64,000 bases of DNA, taken from contig JAUCBJ010006295.1 in the NCBI GenBank assembly GCA_032718475.1, positions 11,370 to 75,369 of the forward strand. The letters run 5' to 3'. Shown here in pieces: positions 51,601 through 64,000 of the stretch (position 1 is its first letter; the number at the start of each line of letters is the position of its first letter). The translations under genes were made by a program, and so were the position numbers. The notes below the pieces were generated by a model. The model searched no databases. It was not told where the DNA came from and was given only the letters and a program-made list of their open reading frames with translations. This DNA comes from Nemertoderma westbladi (taxonomy: Eukaryota; Animalia; Xenacoelomorpha).

Positions 51601-53054
51601 TACTAGTTACTGGTATACCGGTACTAATTCTATGTACTAGTTACTGGTGTACCGGTACTAATTATATGTACTAGTTACTGGTATACCGGTACTAATTATA
51701 TGTACTAGTTACTGGTATACCGGTACTAATTCTATGTACTAGTTACTGGTATACCGGTACTAATTATATGTACTAGTTACTGGTATACCGGTACTAATTA
51801 TATGTACTAGTTACTGGTATACCGGTACTAATTCTATGTACTAGTTACTGGTATACCGGTACTAATTCCATGTACTATTTACTGGTATACCGGTACTAAT
51901 TCTATGTACTAGTTACTGGTATACCGGTACTAATTATATGTACTAGTTACTGGTATACCGGTACTACTAATTATATGTACTAGTTACTGGTATACCGGTA
52001 CTAATTATATGTACTAGTTACTGGTATACCGGTACTAATTCCATGTACTAGTTACTGGTATACCGGTACTAATTCTATGTACTAGTTACTGGTATACCGG
52101 TACTAATTCCATGTACTATTTACTGGTATACCGGTACTAATTATATGTACTAGTTACTGGTATACCGGTACTAATTCCATGTACTAGTTACTGGTATACC
52201 GGTACTAATTCTATGTACTAGTTACTGGTATACCGGTACTAATTATATGTACTAGTTACTGGTATGTATACCGGTACTAATTCCATGTACTAGTTACTGG
52301 TATACCGGTACTAATTCTATGTACTAGTTACTGGTATACCGGTACTATATGTACTAGTTACTGGTATACCGGTACTAATTATATGTACTAGTTACTGGTA
52401 TGTATACCGGTACTAATTCCATGTACTAGTTACTGGTATACCGGTACTAATTCTATGTACTAGTTACTGGTATACCGGTACTAATTCCATGTACTAGTTA
52501 CTGGTATACCGGTACTAATTATATGTACTAGTTACTGGTATACCGGTACTAATTCTATGTACTAGTTACTGGTATACCGGTACTAATTCTATGTACTAGT
52601 TACTGGTATACCGGTACTAATTATATGTACTAGTTACTGGTATACCGGTACTAATTATATGTACTAGTTACTGGTATACCGGTACTAATTATATGTACTA
52701 GTTTAGTTACTGGTATACCGGTACTAATTATATGTACTATGTTACTGGTATACCGGTACTAATTATATGTACTAGTTACTGGTATACCGGTACTAATTCT
52801 ATGTACTAGTTACTGGTATACCGGTACTAATTCTATGTACTAGTTACTGGTATACCGGTACTAATTCTATGTACTAGTTACTGGTATACCGGTACTAATT
52901 CTATGTACTAGTTACTGGTATACCGGTACTAATTATATGTACTAGTTACTGGTATATCGGTACTAATTATATGTACTAGTAACTGGTATATCGGTACTAA
53001 TTGTATGTACTAGTTTAGTTACTGGTATACCGGTACTAATTATATGTACTAGTT
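48601..53054. repeat. 34-bp palindrome-rich minisatellite, about 130 copies
   Basis: Unit taccggtactaatt(a/c)tatgtactagttactggta. Confidence 0.97.
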
Positions 53055-54151
53055 TCAATTTGTGCTGAATGTCCTATGTTTCTAGCCTAATCGAAATACT
53101 ATTAGCACAACACACAAAAAAATCAAACCCAGAATACAAATCTATCCAACGATAGGCCAACTTGGTGTTTGGTATTATTTCAATAACGATGATTTTATAT
53201 TGTTAAATATTAATTAATAATTAGGGGAACATGACAATTCGTAGTGTATACGTATGTTCGGGGGAGAGAGGGAGGGGGCAGGGGGGGGGGGGGGGGGGGG
53301 GTAGCCGAATTTTAACTAAAAATCACAACAATTTCATTATTATTATTGTTTGTTCTGATTGAAAATTTGTAGTGAAATCGATTTTTACTAATCCAATTAA
53401 TAAAGAAGTCAACATTGATCCACACTGTGCATTTTATTTATAAATGAAAATATCCGAAAGTTTGGCATTTCAATCACATAGGAATTGGATTACAATGAAC
53501 CGCAGTTAGGGAGTTATTACCACCAGAGATTCGCTTACGAGTTGGACAGTTGGACACCTGAATCAGTATGATAATTTTCACATATTTGGTCTTAGCAACA
53601 AAATTTGACTACCCCCCCCCCCCCCCCCCCCCCCTAATATATTGTACATTTATATATAATGTAAATATAATATATACAATACAATAACAATAAACGACAC
53701 ATATAAATCAATATATTACACAAATAAATAATACCATTTTATCAACAATAATATACTTCGAGGAGTTAGTATGTCAATTTAAACTCCTATATCGAGAAAT
53801 TAAATTTATCAATAGTTGTTTATAGAGGGTCGTCAAAAAACATAAAAAAACTTACGAATTTTCCTGGTTTAATTACTATATAAACTGATTGTGGTATAGC
53901 TGAATATACCGGTAGCAGTTATTAGGCCTATAAATTCAGTCTTTTAAGAATTTAAACATGGAAAATTCGAGTTTTTTTGGACCACAAATAGCCAACGAAA
54001 AAGTGCAGGTATTTAATCAAATCGGATTAGGCCTAAATTCTATAATTTCCTCTTGAGAGCGAAAAAAATACGTAATAATTATTTGTCAATTCAAATAGAC
54101 CTTCAAACGCGGATAAATTACGTAGAATACAAATACAGCGCTAATATCGTA

Positions 54152-56050
54152 TCACCCAGCAAAGAAGGGGTTAGAAGTTGGGCCATGAGGCGTTGAACTC
54201 GAGCTGTTGGTGAATGGGTTAGCCTTGTTGGATGGGGCAGAGGGCCAGTTAGTGGGTCCGTAACCACCCGGAATCTGGGTGGAGGGGAACCTTGTCTGGG
54301 TGGCGGGGAACCTCGTCTGGGCCTCGGTGGGAAACCCAGTCTGGACAACTGACGTCGCACGCGGTTGGTTGAACCCTGCAGAAACGGTGAGTTTAGAGAA
54401 ATCATTGGTGGGAGGGGCGGAGGAACGAGGGAACGTTCCACCCATCTGCGGGGAATCAAACTGGGCGAAATTACCGAAATCACCACCCTGAGATGGTGGT
54501 GCATTGCTCCATGGTGTGGCTGAGGTACCGCCACTACCAGAGGGCCAAATACCTCCACCACCCTGATGGTATTGTGCAAACGCATTGGGGTGCCCAGTTG
54601 GGAACGCGTTGGGTTGCCCAGTTGGGAACGCGTTGGGTTGCCCAGTTGGGAATGCGTTGGGTTGCCCAGTAGGGAACGAATTGGGTTGCCCAGTTGGGAA
54701 CGCGTTGGGTTGCCCCGTTGGGAACGCGTTAGGTCGCCCAGTTGGGAACGTGTTGGGTTGCCCGGTTGGGAACGCATTGGGTTGCCCAGTTGGGAACGCA
54801 TTGGGTTGCCCCGTTGGGAACGCGTTCGGTTGCCCAGTTGGAAACGCGTTGGGTTGCCCAGTTGGGAACGCGTTGGGTTGTCCAGTTGGGAATGCGTTGG
54901 GTTGTCCAGTTGGGAACGCATTGGGTTGCCCGGTTGGGAACACGTTGTGTGCTGTTGGCCCAAATGAGCCAGGGAACCCACTGCCAAGCTGCTGCGGCAC
55001 TGTGGCGTAGAAACCCGTGTCACCCATCTGTGATCCTCTCATTGATTGCCCCACCCCCGCCACCTGACTGACCCCAAATGGATTTGAACTTCCACCACCA
55101 GGAGTGGCACCGCTGAATGGATTTGACGCCACTGGTGGAGAGGCGGATAACGAAGAACTCCAACCACTTGCCACACTCGCGGCTGACGATGTGACAGCAG
55201 CCCAATTGAGATCGGCCATGAAGGAACCAGACTGCGGCAGATCAGGGGCCCCAGTGGACCCACTACTGCGGTGCTTCACCGCGTCGTCCAGGTTGAGTAG
55301 CGCTGCATACCGGTCTGAAGCCGAATCGGTGTGCGAAGGGGCAAAAACAGTGGCCGCCAAAGGGGTGGGCTTTAGGCCCGGATTGAGCACAGGGTTGCTT
55401 GCAGACATTGGGAGAAAGGGGCTCACATAAGGGGGCGCCGCCGTGTCTTCAGATAGATCGAAGAATAAATCCACAGATGCCGACTTGGCTGGCGGTTGGT
55501 TGGTGGTTGTTGTAGTGACGCCGTTACTGGATGGTTTATTAAACTGAGGGATTGAGGGTATCGTGGGGTTTACTGTTGATTTGGTGATGCTCTGGGTGTT
55601 TACTAAAGTCCGTAAGGGTTTAACTTCCACAGGCTTGATAGTTTTGTTCTCTACCGGTTTGGGATTGTCAGTGTACCACCGTTTACGCTCGTACTTCTGA
55701 ACCATAAAGTCCCGGACTTTCTGTTCGTCCTTGGAGTCTGGAAATGGGCTGTCGGACGCCCCGAAGGTGCCCATCCATTGGTTGAGACAAACCTCATTGC
55801 CCAACTTCTGTAGCGAATCAATTTCGTTGGTGCTGAATGTAGCCATTGAGATACTTTTGACTCGATGCGGGGGGTTCAAACCCCGAAGGATTCCACTGCA
55901 CGATGTGCAGACAAAGGATCCGATAGTCATGTTCACATATGTTGGGCCTCGCTGCCCACAGTCAAAGCATTTCTTATTGTGCGAAATACTCGTCATGCTC
56001 CTTAGGATTTTAAGGTGCTTTTCTTCAAGTTTACGTTTTGACTGAGACAT
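54152..56050 (-). CDS. AGFG1: ArfGAP with FG repeats (AGFG1/Hrb-like), 632 aa, single coding exon
   Basis: ArfGAP zinc finger CFDC-x16-CTSC, GILRGLNPPHRVKSISM, KYERKRWY and four NPF motifs; ATG at 56050. Confidence 0.95.
   Translation of the reverse strand: MSQSKRKLEEKHLKILRSMTSISHNKKCFDCGQRGPTYVNMTIGSFVCTSCSGILRGLNPPHRVKSISMATFSTNEIDSLQKLGNEVCLNQWMGTFGASDSPFPDSKDEQKVRDFMVQKYERKRWYTDNPKPVENKTIKPVEVKPLRTLVNTQSITKSTVNPTIPSIPQFNKPSSNGVTTTTTNQPPAKSASVDLFFDLSEDTAAPPYVSPFLPMSASNPVLNPGLKPTPLAATVFAPSHTDSASDRYAALLNLDDAVKHRSSGSTGAPDLPQSGSFMADLNWAAVTSSAASVASGWSSSLSASPPVASNPFSGATPGGGSSNPFGVSQVAGVGQSMRGSQMGDTGFYATVPQQLGSGFPGSFGPTAHNVFPTGQPNAFPTGQPNAFPTGQPNAFPTGQPNAFPTGQPNAFPTGQPNAFPTGQPNAFPTGQPNTFPTGRPNAFPTGQPNAFPTGQPNSFPTGQPNAFPTGQPNAFPTGQPNAFPTGHPNAFAQYHQGGGGIWPSGSGGTSATPWSNAPPSQGGDFGNFAQFDSPQMGGTFPRSSAPPTNDFSKLTVSAGFNQPRATSVVQTGFPTEAQTRFPATQTRFPSTQIPGGYGPTNWPSAPSNKANPFTNSSSSTPHGPTSNPFFAG
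54581..54940 (-). repeat. Coding 24-bp repeat, 15 x FPTGQPNA, inside AGFG1
   Basis: Visible in both the translation and the DNA. Confidence 0.95.
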
Positions 56051-57390
56051 ATTTATTTTCAATGAACACCTTAGTATCGTTATGAGTGAGTATTTACTGG
56101 GTGCATATATATGTAATTATTATATAGAAATACAGGTTGCACTATACCATCTATGCAATGAATGCATACACCCACACCATATACAGATATAGCCAATGCA
56201 TATATAAATAATATAGGCCTAAATAAGCCTACGACTGGATAGGCCCTAATCCAGTTAGCGTCAACACCCGAATGTGGGCAAACTTTTTAAAAAAGCACCA
56301 AGTTATATACATCATAATTTTAAGGAAAGTATCACGAAGTATAATTAAATGAAAGTTTGATATCTAATCTTCACAATAAGTATTTAACAATTTATTACAG
56401 TATTGTATTTCAGATTTTTGTACATTTTTTTTTTAATTTAAAAAAGTGCCCACTTTAAGGTAAAAAAAACAGTTCTGCAGTTCTACTCAAAAGTGGGCAT
56501 TTTAACAGACTCTTCAATCTGTCTATACAATTTTTAAAACATAAATTAGCTTGGTTTTTGCTTTAACCAGTTAACATACCCCACTGCCTTATGTGGGCAC
56601 CATTGGAAATTTACTATACAAACAGCAGAACAGGGCGAAAAAAGTAGCCAAAAACAATGTATTGGTGAAAAATACAAGCGCTACAAAAAATCTGTAAAAT
56701 TTGATGATTTATTTTTTGGATGCAGTGCCTTTATTGAATGCGAAATTTTGTCAAAATGCTTTGAAAATCAAACAAAATAACAAACTGACTAATACAATAA
56801 CACATAGCAGCATAGGCTAACTACCATGGCATTTGCCAGTGACAGAGTGAGCCGCACTCAGGCACTGATTGATTATATTGTGGATTAACTGATTAACACA
56901 ATCTGACAATAAATAATAATGAAAAAAATATACAGGTGTTGTATTATAAATAAATAAAATAAGCCCCTATCAGCCTACAGCCTACCTACAGGCTACAGAC
57001 CTATCTGCCTATGAAGTAATAAATAAATAAATGATAGAAATAATGTTCAACTGCCCAAAATTACGCTAAATTTCCTATGATTTTACTGTATTATTACAAT
57101 ATTAGGGTAGGGTTGAGTTGATCAGTTGATTGGGTTAAAACATTTTCTTAGGGATGCAGACAGAGCACAGACAGACAGAGCCAACTTAAGGCATACGGTT
57201 GAAGTCAATCACACCCGACGATTTTGTGCACTGGGCACTGGGTGGACTAAACCATACCGTTTCTCTGGCAGTTTGGCTGGGAGCCTTTCTCGCCACTCGC
57301 CACCAGAAACTTTGCTCGAGATTACAAACAGCTGAAAGCCTGCGTACTGGCAGACTGGCGTACGTTCGAGACTCTACCATTCCCATGGCA

Positions 57391-60300
57391 CATGGGGTAA
57401 TTCCATCCAAATTCGACAAATCGCGATGGCATGGGGTCATCGATTTCGTTTATTTTTGGATATATGGTCGGAAATGGTATAAAATGACACCTGATAAAAT
57501 ATTTCTGATGATGGTGTATTGGTTTTCGAGATATTGCAGTTCAAAGTTTGCGATTTATTCGAACATATCCCCAATGAAACCTACAGAAAATCTTTCTGGC
57601 TAGTGGGTGGAGTCTCATTTTATGTTTATTGTACACATAAATAGGTCTCATACATATTAAAACCATGAATAAATACCACCCACTTGTCAGACCAACTTTT
57701 CTATGTGGCCAAAGATTGGTCTTTTCCACAAATTTTGTCTTTCTGAGGCTTGAGTTAGAGTGGTCTGATTAGTGGGTAGCCCAAAACATTTAGTAAATAG
57801 TTAGATAAAACAAAGGTGGGTTCTGTGGTACAATTTTCATGTACTACCAGCAAGTCAGACTTCCATACCATCATCTGGAAAATTGCAACTTTCCAAAATT
57901 GCCATACTTTGGAACATCACTGCAAGCGTCTGATAAAAGATGGGTGCTTGAAATGAATCATGAGTAGTAACATGGATAAGGGAAACATGCATGACAAGTT
58001 TCGGATCCCACCCATGCCTTCTTCAGTATATATTATTCAATTTAAAAGTTAAATTTTCAAAATTAATCGTCAGATTAGATACTTTAGAACCAAGGTCAAC
58101 TTACGAGGTTGCTCTCATAACCTGCACACATTAAGTACCGTATTTAAATGTTTTAGACATAATAAAGGCTGTTTTTTTCACCACCCACTTGTCAGATATT
58201 TTATGTGTAACAAACAAAGGTAAATAACGTTCACATATTATTGACTAATTTCAATAGGCCTACCCAATGAATTATATACCTTACCTTCTGCCTTCCGATA
58301 CTATTAATTATGATATCATAATAGAAAGAAAAGCTGTAGACAGTTTGAAGAGCAAAGCTTTGCCAGGATAATTTGCTCGTAAAGGTGACAATTATAATAT
58401 TTATTTAAATTCATTCAAGTTTAATGGGCCTAAATATTATGTTTTCTTAAATAGGAACCTTTTTAATTATAACTATATTAGTTACAAATAAAACCAAAAT
58501 GTTATATCACCATTTCATTAAATTGATGTTTCTCTAAAACTTCCAATTTCACCATGTATTTGTCATGAACTAGCAAATTAGCAAATATAATGGCCCAATG
58601 TGCAATGGGTGAATAATACACCAACAACAGCTGCATTGGTAACATTCCATTACAAGGCAGAAGAATTACATTAGGTTATATGTTGTAGATGATTGTGACC
58701 AATACTTTTGGCCAATCACGAATCACCAGCCCCTTTGCTTTAGGTGTTACAGTGTTAGGACAAACCTTGAAAAAGAACCCAAAAGAACTTGGAGAAAGGA
58801 ATACTAGTTTCAAATCACATACTAAGTTTCATGTTAGATCACTTTGCAAATTGCGTTTTATGTGCCACTTTGCTTTAAAATTCAGTATTCATGATTATTT
58901 ATATTTCACTATTTTTCTTTTTGTTGCTGTTGATTTATATCCTAATAAGCGAACAGTTTGTCAATCATCTATCTGTCTATTGTAAATCTGTGCTGAAAAG
59001 TCGTGTGGTCGAGATTTAAGAGCTGAAAAGTCGTGCGCATGAGATTTAAGAGCTGAAAAGTCATGAGCACGAGATTTAAGAGCTGAAAAGTAGTGAGAAC
59101 GAGATTTCAGTTTAAAACTGAAATGTCATGCGCATAAAATTTAAGAGCTGAAGAGTCATATGTCTGTATGTACCGGTACCAGATTTCAATTTAACACTGA
59201 ACAGTCGTTCGCATGAAATTTAAGAGCTGAAAAGTCGTGTGGTCGAGATTTAAGAGCTAAAAAGTAAGGCGCACGAGATTAAGAGCTGAGGATGAAAATC
59301 AACAGCAACAAAAAGAGAAATAGTGAAATATAAATAATCATGAAAACTGAATTTTAAAGCAAAGTGAAACATGAAACTTAGTATGTGATTTGAAACTAGT
59401 ATTCCTTTCTCCAAGTTCTTTCCACCAATAAGAAATGGTTTGTCCTAACACTGTAACACCTTTAAAGCAAAGGGGCAGGTGATTCCTGATTGACCAAAAG
59501 TATTGGCCACAATCATCTACAACATATAACCTAATATAATTCTTCTGCCTTGTAATGGAATGTTACCACTTACCAATCTGCCAATGCAGCTGTTGTTGGT
59601 GTATTGTGTATTATTCACCCATCAGCCCATTGGGCCATTATATTTGCTAATTTGCTAGTTCATGACAAATACATGGTGAAATTGGAAGTTCTAGAGAAAC
59701 ATCGACTTAATGAAATGGCAGAATGGTGATATAACATTTTGGTTTTATTTATAACTAATTATTATGAGTTATAATTAAAAAGGTCCTATTTAAGAAAACA
59801 TAATATTTAGGCCCATTAAACTTTAATGAATTTAAATAAATGTAATAATTGTCACATTTACGAGCAAATTATCCTGGCAAAGCTTTGCTCTTCTTTCTAT
59901 TATGATATCATAATTAATAGTATCGCAAGGTATATAATTCATTGGGTATTGAAATTAGTCAATAATATGTGAAAGTTATTTACCTTTGTTTGTTACACAT
60001 AAAATACCGTATCTGACAAGTGGGTGGTGAAAAAAACAGCCTTTATTGTGTCTAACACATTTAAATACTTAATGTGTGCAGGTTATGAGAGCAACCTCGT
60101 AAGGTGACCTTGGTTCTAAAGTACCGGTATCTGGGTTAATTTTGTAAATTTAACTTTAAAATTGAATAATATATACTGAAGAAGGCATGGGTGGGATCCG
60201 AAACTTGTCATGCATGTTTCCCTTATCCCAGTATCCATGTTACTACCGTCAAGTTGGGTTACTTGGGACATTGGGGGTAACTTGGGACAGCAGGAGTGTT

Positions 60301-62117
60301 TGTTCAAAACATGATTTTTTGTTCACTTAAACACATATTGTTTAAAATGTTATAGCTTGTACATCTGGGACACATGTTGTATTTTTGAAATTTTGAAAGT
60401 ATATTAAGGGTGCTCCTAAGATGTTTCTGTAATTTCAATTATTTATTTTTCACAAAATTAATTTTTTTTTCAACACCCGAAAACTTTAGTCTGGCTCACC
60501 CAGAAGGGAGTTAGTTCAGCTATCTTACTTTGGGTACATGATAGGAAATTATATAGACGATCTTACAGCTAGGTGGTAGTTTAAAAAAATTTAACAGCAA
60601 GATAAAAATCATGGTTATTTGCAAAAAATGAGATTTGGGGGGTAACTTGGGACTGTAAATAATGTGTTAAATAGTATGTATTCATATTAAATAATATTGC
60701 CAATGCCAATGTATTACCATATGTAATTGAATATATGCTGTACTGATATGTAATAGGCCTTTTGAATTCAATAAATTCAATTCAATTCAATTATGGTATT
60801 GCTGTATTGGAATATTTATAATGATTAGGCCTATATAATATAGTGTGTGCCAGCCTATCGGTACGTTTGTTTTGATTGTTGTCCACTTACTAACGGGGTC
60901 CTGCAGCAAGGCAAGTCGAGATCTGTTAACATTTTAGGCCCACCCCACCAGCCTATGTATATCGGTCCAGTCTGCCAGTAGGTCTATCTGTCAGCAACAT
61001 ACCGTAGTTTGTGTTTATTATGTACGTGTCAGTACTGGTAACATAGGCTAGTTTGTGAATTGTTTGTATATATTTAACCTTACCGGCAAGAAGAATGGGG
61101 AAGTACCGAAGAAAACCTGGAACAAGACCTTATAAAATTTTAATCCATTTGGTAATGCTATGTGCCCTTATATTGGGTATATAGTATTACCAAATGTTTT
61201 TTAAAAAATGGCCCATGTCCCAAGTTACCCCCTGATGGCCCAACATGAGACGAGAGAGTGATTAATAATCAGATTTGATGACATTTCTTACTAGTGTCCC
61301 AAGTTACCCCCTTTGGTGGGTAACTTGGGACACCTATTAATTAAAAAAAAAATATCAAAAACTTATTTAATATTGAAAACTAATCGAATTTTTAGATCAA
61401 GTAATATCATATATATATTTGTGGTATTAGTATAGTATCACATGCTAAGTAGTTTTTGATGACAATAACATTATTTAAAAAAAGTGTCCCAAGTAACCCT
61501 GCCTGACGGTACTCATGATTAATTTCAAGCACCCATCTTTTATCAGACGCTTGCAGTGATGTTCCGCAGTATGGCAATTTTGGAAAGTTTCAAATTTTCA
61601 GATGATGGTATGGAAGTCTGACTTGCTGGTGGCACATGAAAATTGTACCATCGCAGAACCCCCCTTCAGCCCTTTGGTATACTGGTATATCTAACTATTT
61701 ACTAAATGTTTTGGGCTACCCACTAATCAGATCACTCTAACTCAAGCCTCAAAAAGACAAAATTTGTCGAAAAGTCCAATCTTTGGCCACATAGAAAAGT
61801 TGGTCTGACAAGTGGGTGGTATTTATTCATGGTTTTAACTTTTAATGTGTATGAGACCTATTTATGTGTAGGCCTACAATAAACATAAAATGACACTCCA
61901 CCCACTAGTCAGAAAGATTTTCTGTAGCTTTCATTGGGGATATGTTCAAATAAATCGCAAACTTTGAACTGCAATATCTCAAAAACCAATACACCATCAT
62001 CAGAAATATTTCATATGGTGTCATTTTATACCATTTCCGACCATATATCCCAAAATAAACGAAATCGATGACCCCATGCCACCGCGATTTGTCGAATTTG
62101 GATGGAATTACCCCATG
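57391..62117. mobile_element. Large foldback element with roughly 1.55-kb inverted arms and a central short-repeat spacer
   Basis: catggggtaattccatccaaattcgac... is mirrored by ...gtcgaatttggatggaattaccccatg; the arms align inward to about 58935/59295; centre carries gagatttaagagctgaaaagtc repeats. Confidence 0.9.
60246..61509. mobile_element. Non-autonomous Tc1/mariner-pogo-type element with a TA duplication, inserted in the right arm of the foldback
   Basis: TIRs ccgtcaagttgggttacttgggaca / tgtcccaagtaaccctgcctgacgg, TA on both sides; the left arm retains the empty site (catgagtagtaacatg, about 57959). Confidence 0.92.
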
Positions 62118-63017
62118 CTCAAAGACACACCACCAACTGACCAATGACATACTGACATACGTGACATAGGCCTACTGTGTACTGTCAAAGCCCAAAGTCA
62201 AAGGTAGTCAGCCGGTATTAAATCAACAATCTGAAAATGTAAACCACATTAAATTTAACTTTCGACTGTTCGAATCAACAGACATCCTGCTTTTAACTAT
62301 CAGAGACCATGTCACATACAGTAAGGGAAAATACCCCGAATTGGGGTACAGCTCTATACCCAGAATCGGTGTTATAGTGGAAAATAGTGACACCGATTCG
62401 AGATTTTCAGTAGAAAGCTATACCCCGAATTGGTGTTCTACTAGAAAATCTCCAGGCAGCGGAAAAAATTAGGTATACCCCGAATCGGGGTATAGGAGTT
62501 ATTTAGTTCCCTGTGAAATCTGTCAAGTGGAACCTGTCAATCAATCATATTATGATTGCAATGGCTATTCTTCATTGGCACTGGCTGACTGAGTGCCGAT
62601 TGGCGCTATATTGTGTTTGTGTACATATAATACTGTAATATTATGGCGCAATTCCTGGTGTTGATTTTAACATACGATTCTAATAAATGACTCTTGTCAT
62701 AGGGTGCATTTATAGTCAGATGCCGTCCGATCCGATCCGATCCGATCCGATGCATTTCGGCAATTATTGTAGCTACAACTGTCAGACTGCAGACTGTACA
62801 AGCCTAGCTGCTTAGGCCTACTTCTGTTTTGCCTAACACTGAACGCAGTCTGGCAGTAGGACTATCAACTTTTGGCCTATTGCATTATTGCTGTATTGTA
62901 TATCAGTATATGGCAGTATGCAGGTATGGCAGTAGGCTACTGCAGTAGGCCTACACAGTATGCAGGTATGGGATCGTTCGTAGCTCTGTAGCTGACTGTG
63001 GTGTTCAGAATCAGAAG

Positions 63018-63408
63018 GAAATCGGACGCGCGTTGGATGTCCTGGAATGGAGTCTACCGACCAACTTGCAGGGCAGCAGGGTGAGCTGTCCCTCCTGCAG
63101 TCCTGCCCTCTGCAGCTCTGATCCTGGGCGGTGGAGACTGTGCTGATGGCGGCGGAAACGGGAAGCGGGAAGACCGGGGCATTCTGTATCCCGATACTAC
63201 AGCTGGTCCATGAAACTCTACGGTACAAACTCTGAGATGGAAAACTCGATGGGAAATCGGGGGGAAGAACTAGGCCTACGAAATTTCAGTTGAACCCATT
63301 CGATAGAGCGATAGAGGTGACCAGTTGGCCATCTCCCCGGACGGATTGCTGTGTCATGCGCGTGACCAGAGGAGTTGCAGTTGGCACGGTACCCGGACGA
63401 CTAAAGGA
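63018..63408 (+). pseudogene. DDX1: DDX1 pseudogene fragment (Q motif, motif I, start of SPRY domain)
   Basis: [69 protein letters not shown]; +1 frameshift at about 63139, TGA at 63233, 8-bp duplication cgatagag. Confidence 0.85.
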
Positions 63409-64000
63409 ATTTAAACCTGTATTTGTAAAACAAATTCGAAAAAACTCAAAATACGAATGGATTTGATTTGATGGGATTGATTTGATTGTACCATGACCTT
63501 TTAATTGCACACAAATAAATACAATACAAAGCTAAAATAATGTTGGGACATCTTTAACAATTAACTTTACTACGTGTCTCATGTCCTAGAGTGTCCTCTA
63601 CCGACAGGGGCGGTTGTAGGATTTTGCTTGGGGGGGGGGGGGGGGGGGCAAAATATTTAATTTGCTGAGGCCAATTTTTCGGACTTGTAAATGGCTCCAC
63701 GCAAGCAGTAGAGCCCAATCTGGCCACGTTTATAAACGCCAGCTTTAAATCGTTCAAAAAAAAACATTCCTAACAACAACTTTGTCTAAACCCGTCTATG
63801 TCTAATTATCTAATTATTTAGTTAATGGAAGGGTCGCAGCCGTCAGCTGGTGGTAACCCGTATCGTTCCAAACCAATGGAGATATTTCCAGTGACCATAC
63901 CATGGAGCATGGACTAATCGCAGGAGACATCTACCTTCTCACCTGTGACACCTTCACATGTGCAATGTGGGCAGTGCTTAAAGGCTATGCAACCAATACA

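Noticed and set aside
747-53054. CRISPR-like appearance of the arrays
   Set aside because: Units are head-to-tail with no unique spacers, no cas genes are present, and the context is a spliceosomal eukaryote
53270-53634. Long poly-G/poly-C runs (also near 5830, 26640, 36500, 46915, 63630)
   Set aside because: Recurrent, but no consistent context supports a function; homopolymer length is also error-prone in assemblies

Overview
AT-rich animal (probably invertebrate) genomic DNA, about 43% of it in ten homogeneous minisatellite arrays. Four genes were reconstructed by hand from splice sites and reading-frame phase. LRRC71 lies on the minus strand (six exons from 24474 down to 5, running off the window) and carries NAGPA nested antisense in its 16-kb intron 2. 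A nine-exon SPATA48/SPMIP7-like ciliary gene lies head-to-head with it on the plus strand (29633-44655). An intronless AGFG1 lies on the minus strand, and a decayed DDX1 copy lies near the right end. Gene names come from recalled similarity to vertebrate proteins, not from a database search. The main observation is that four arrays are amplified splice junctions. Three repeat 'end of exon + 5' splice site' and one repeats '3' splice site + start of exon', and they make up most of their introns. Other content: LINE fragments (one nested with a 15-bp TSD), tRNA-derived SINE-like elements, foldback/MITE elements, a Harbinger remnant, and short TA-anchored insertions that look like transposon excision footprints.
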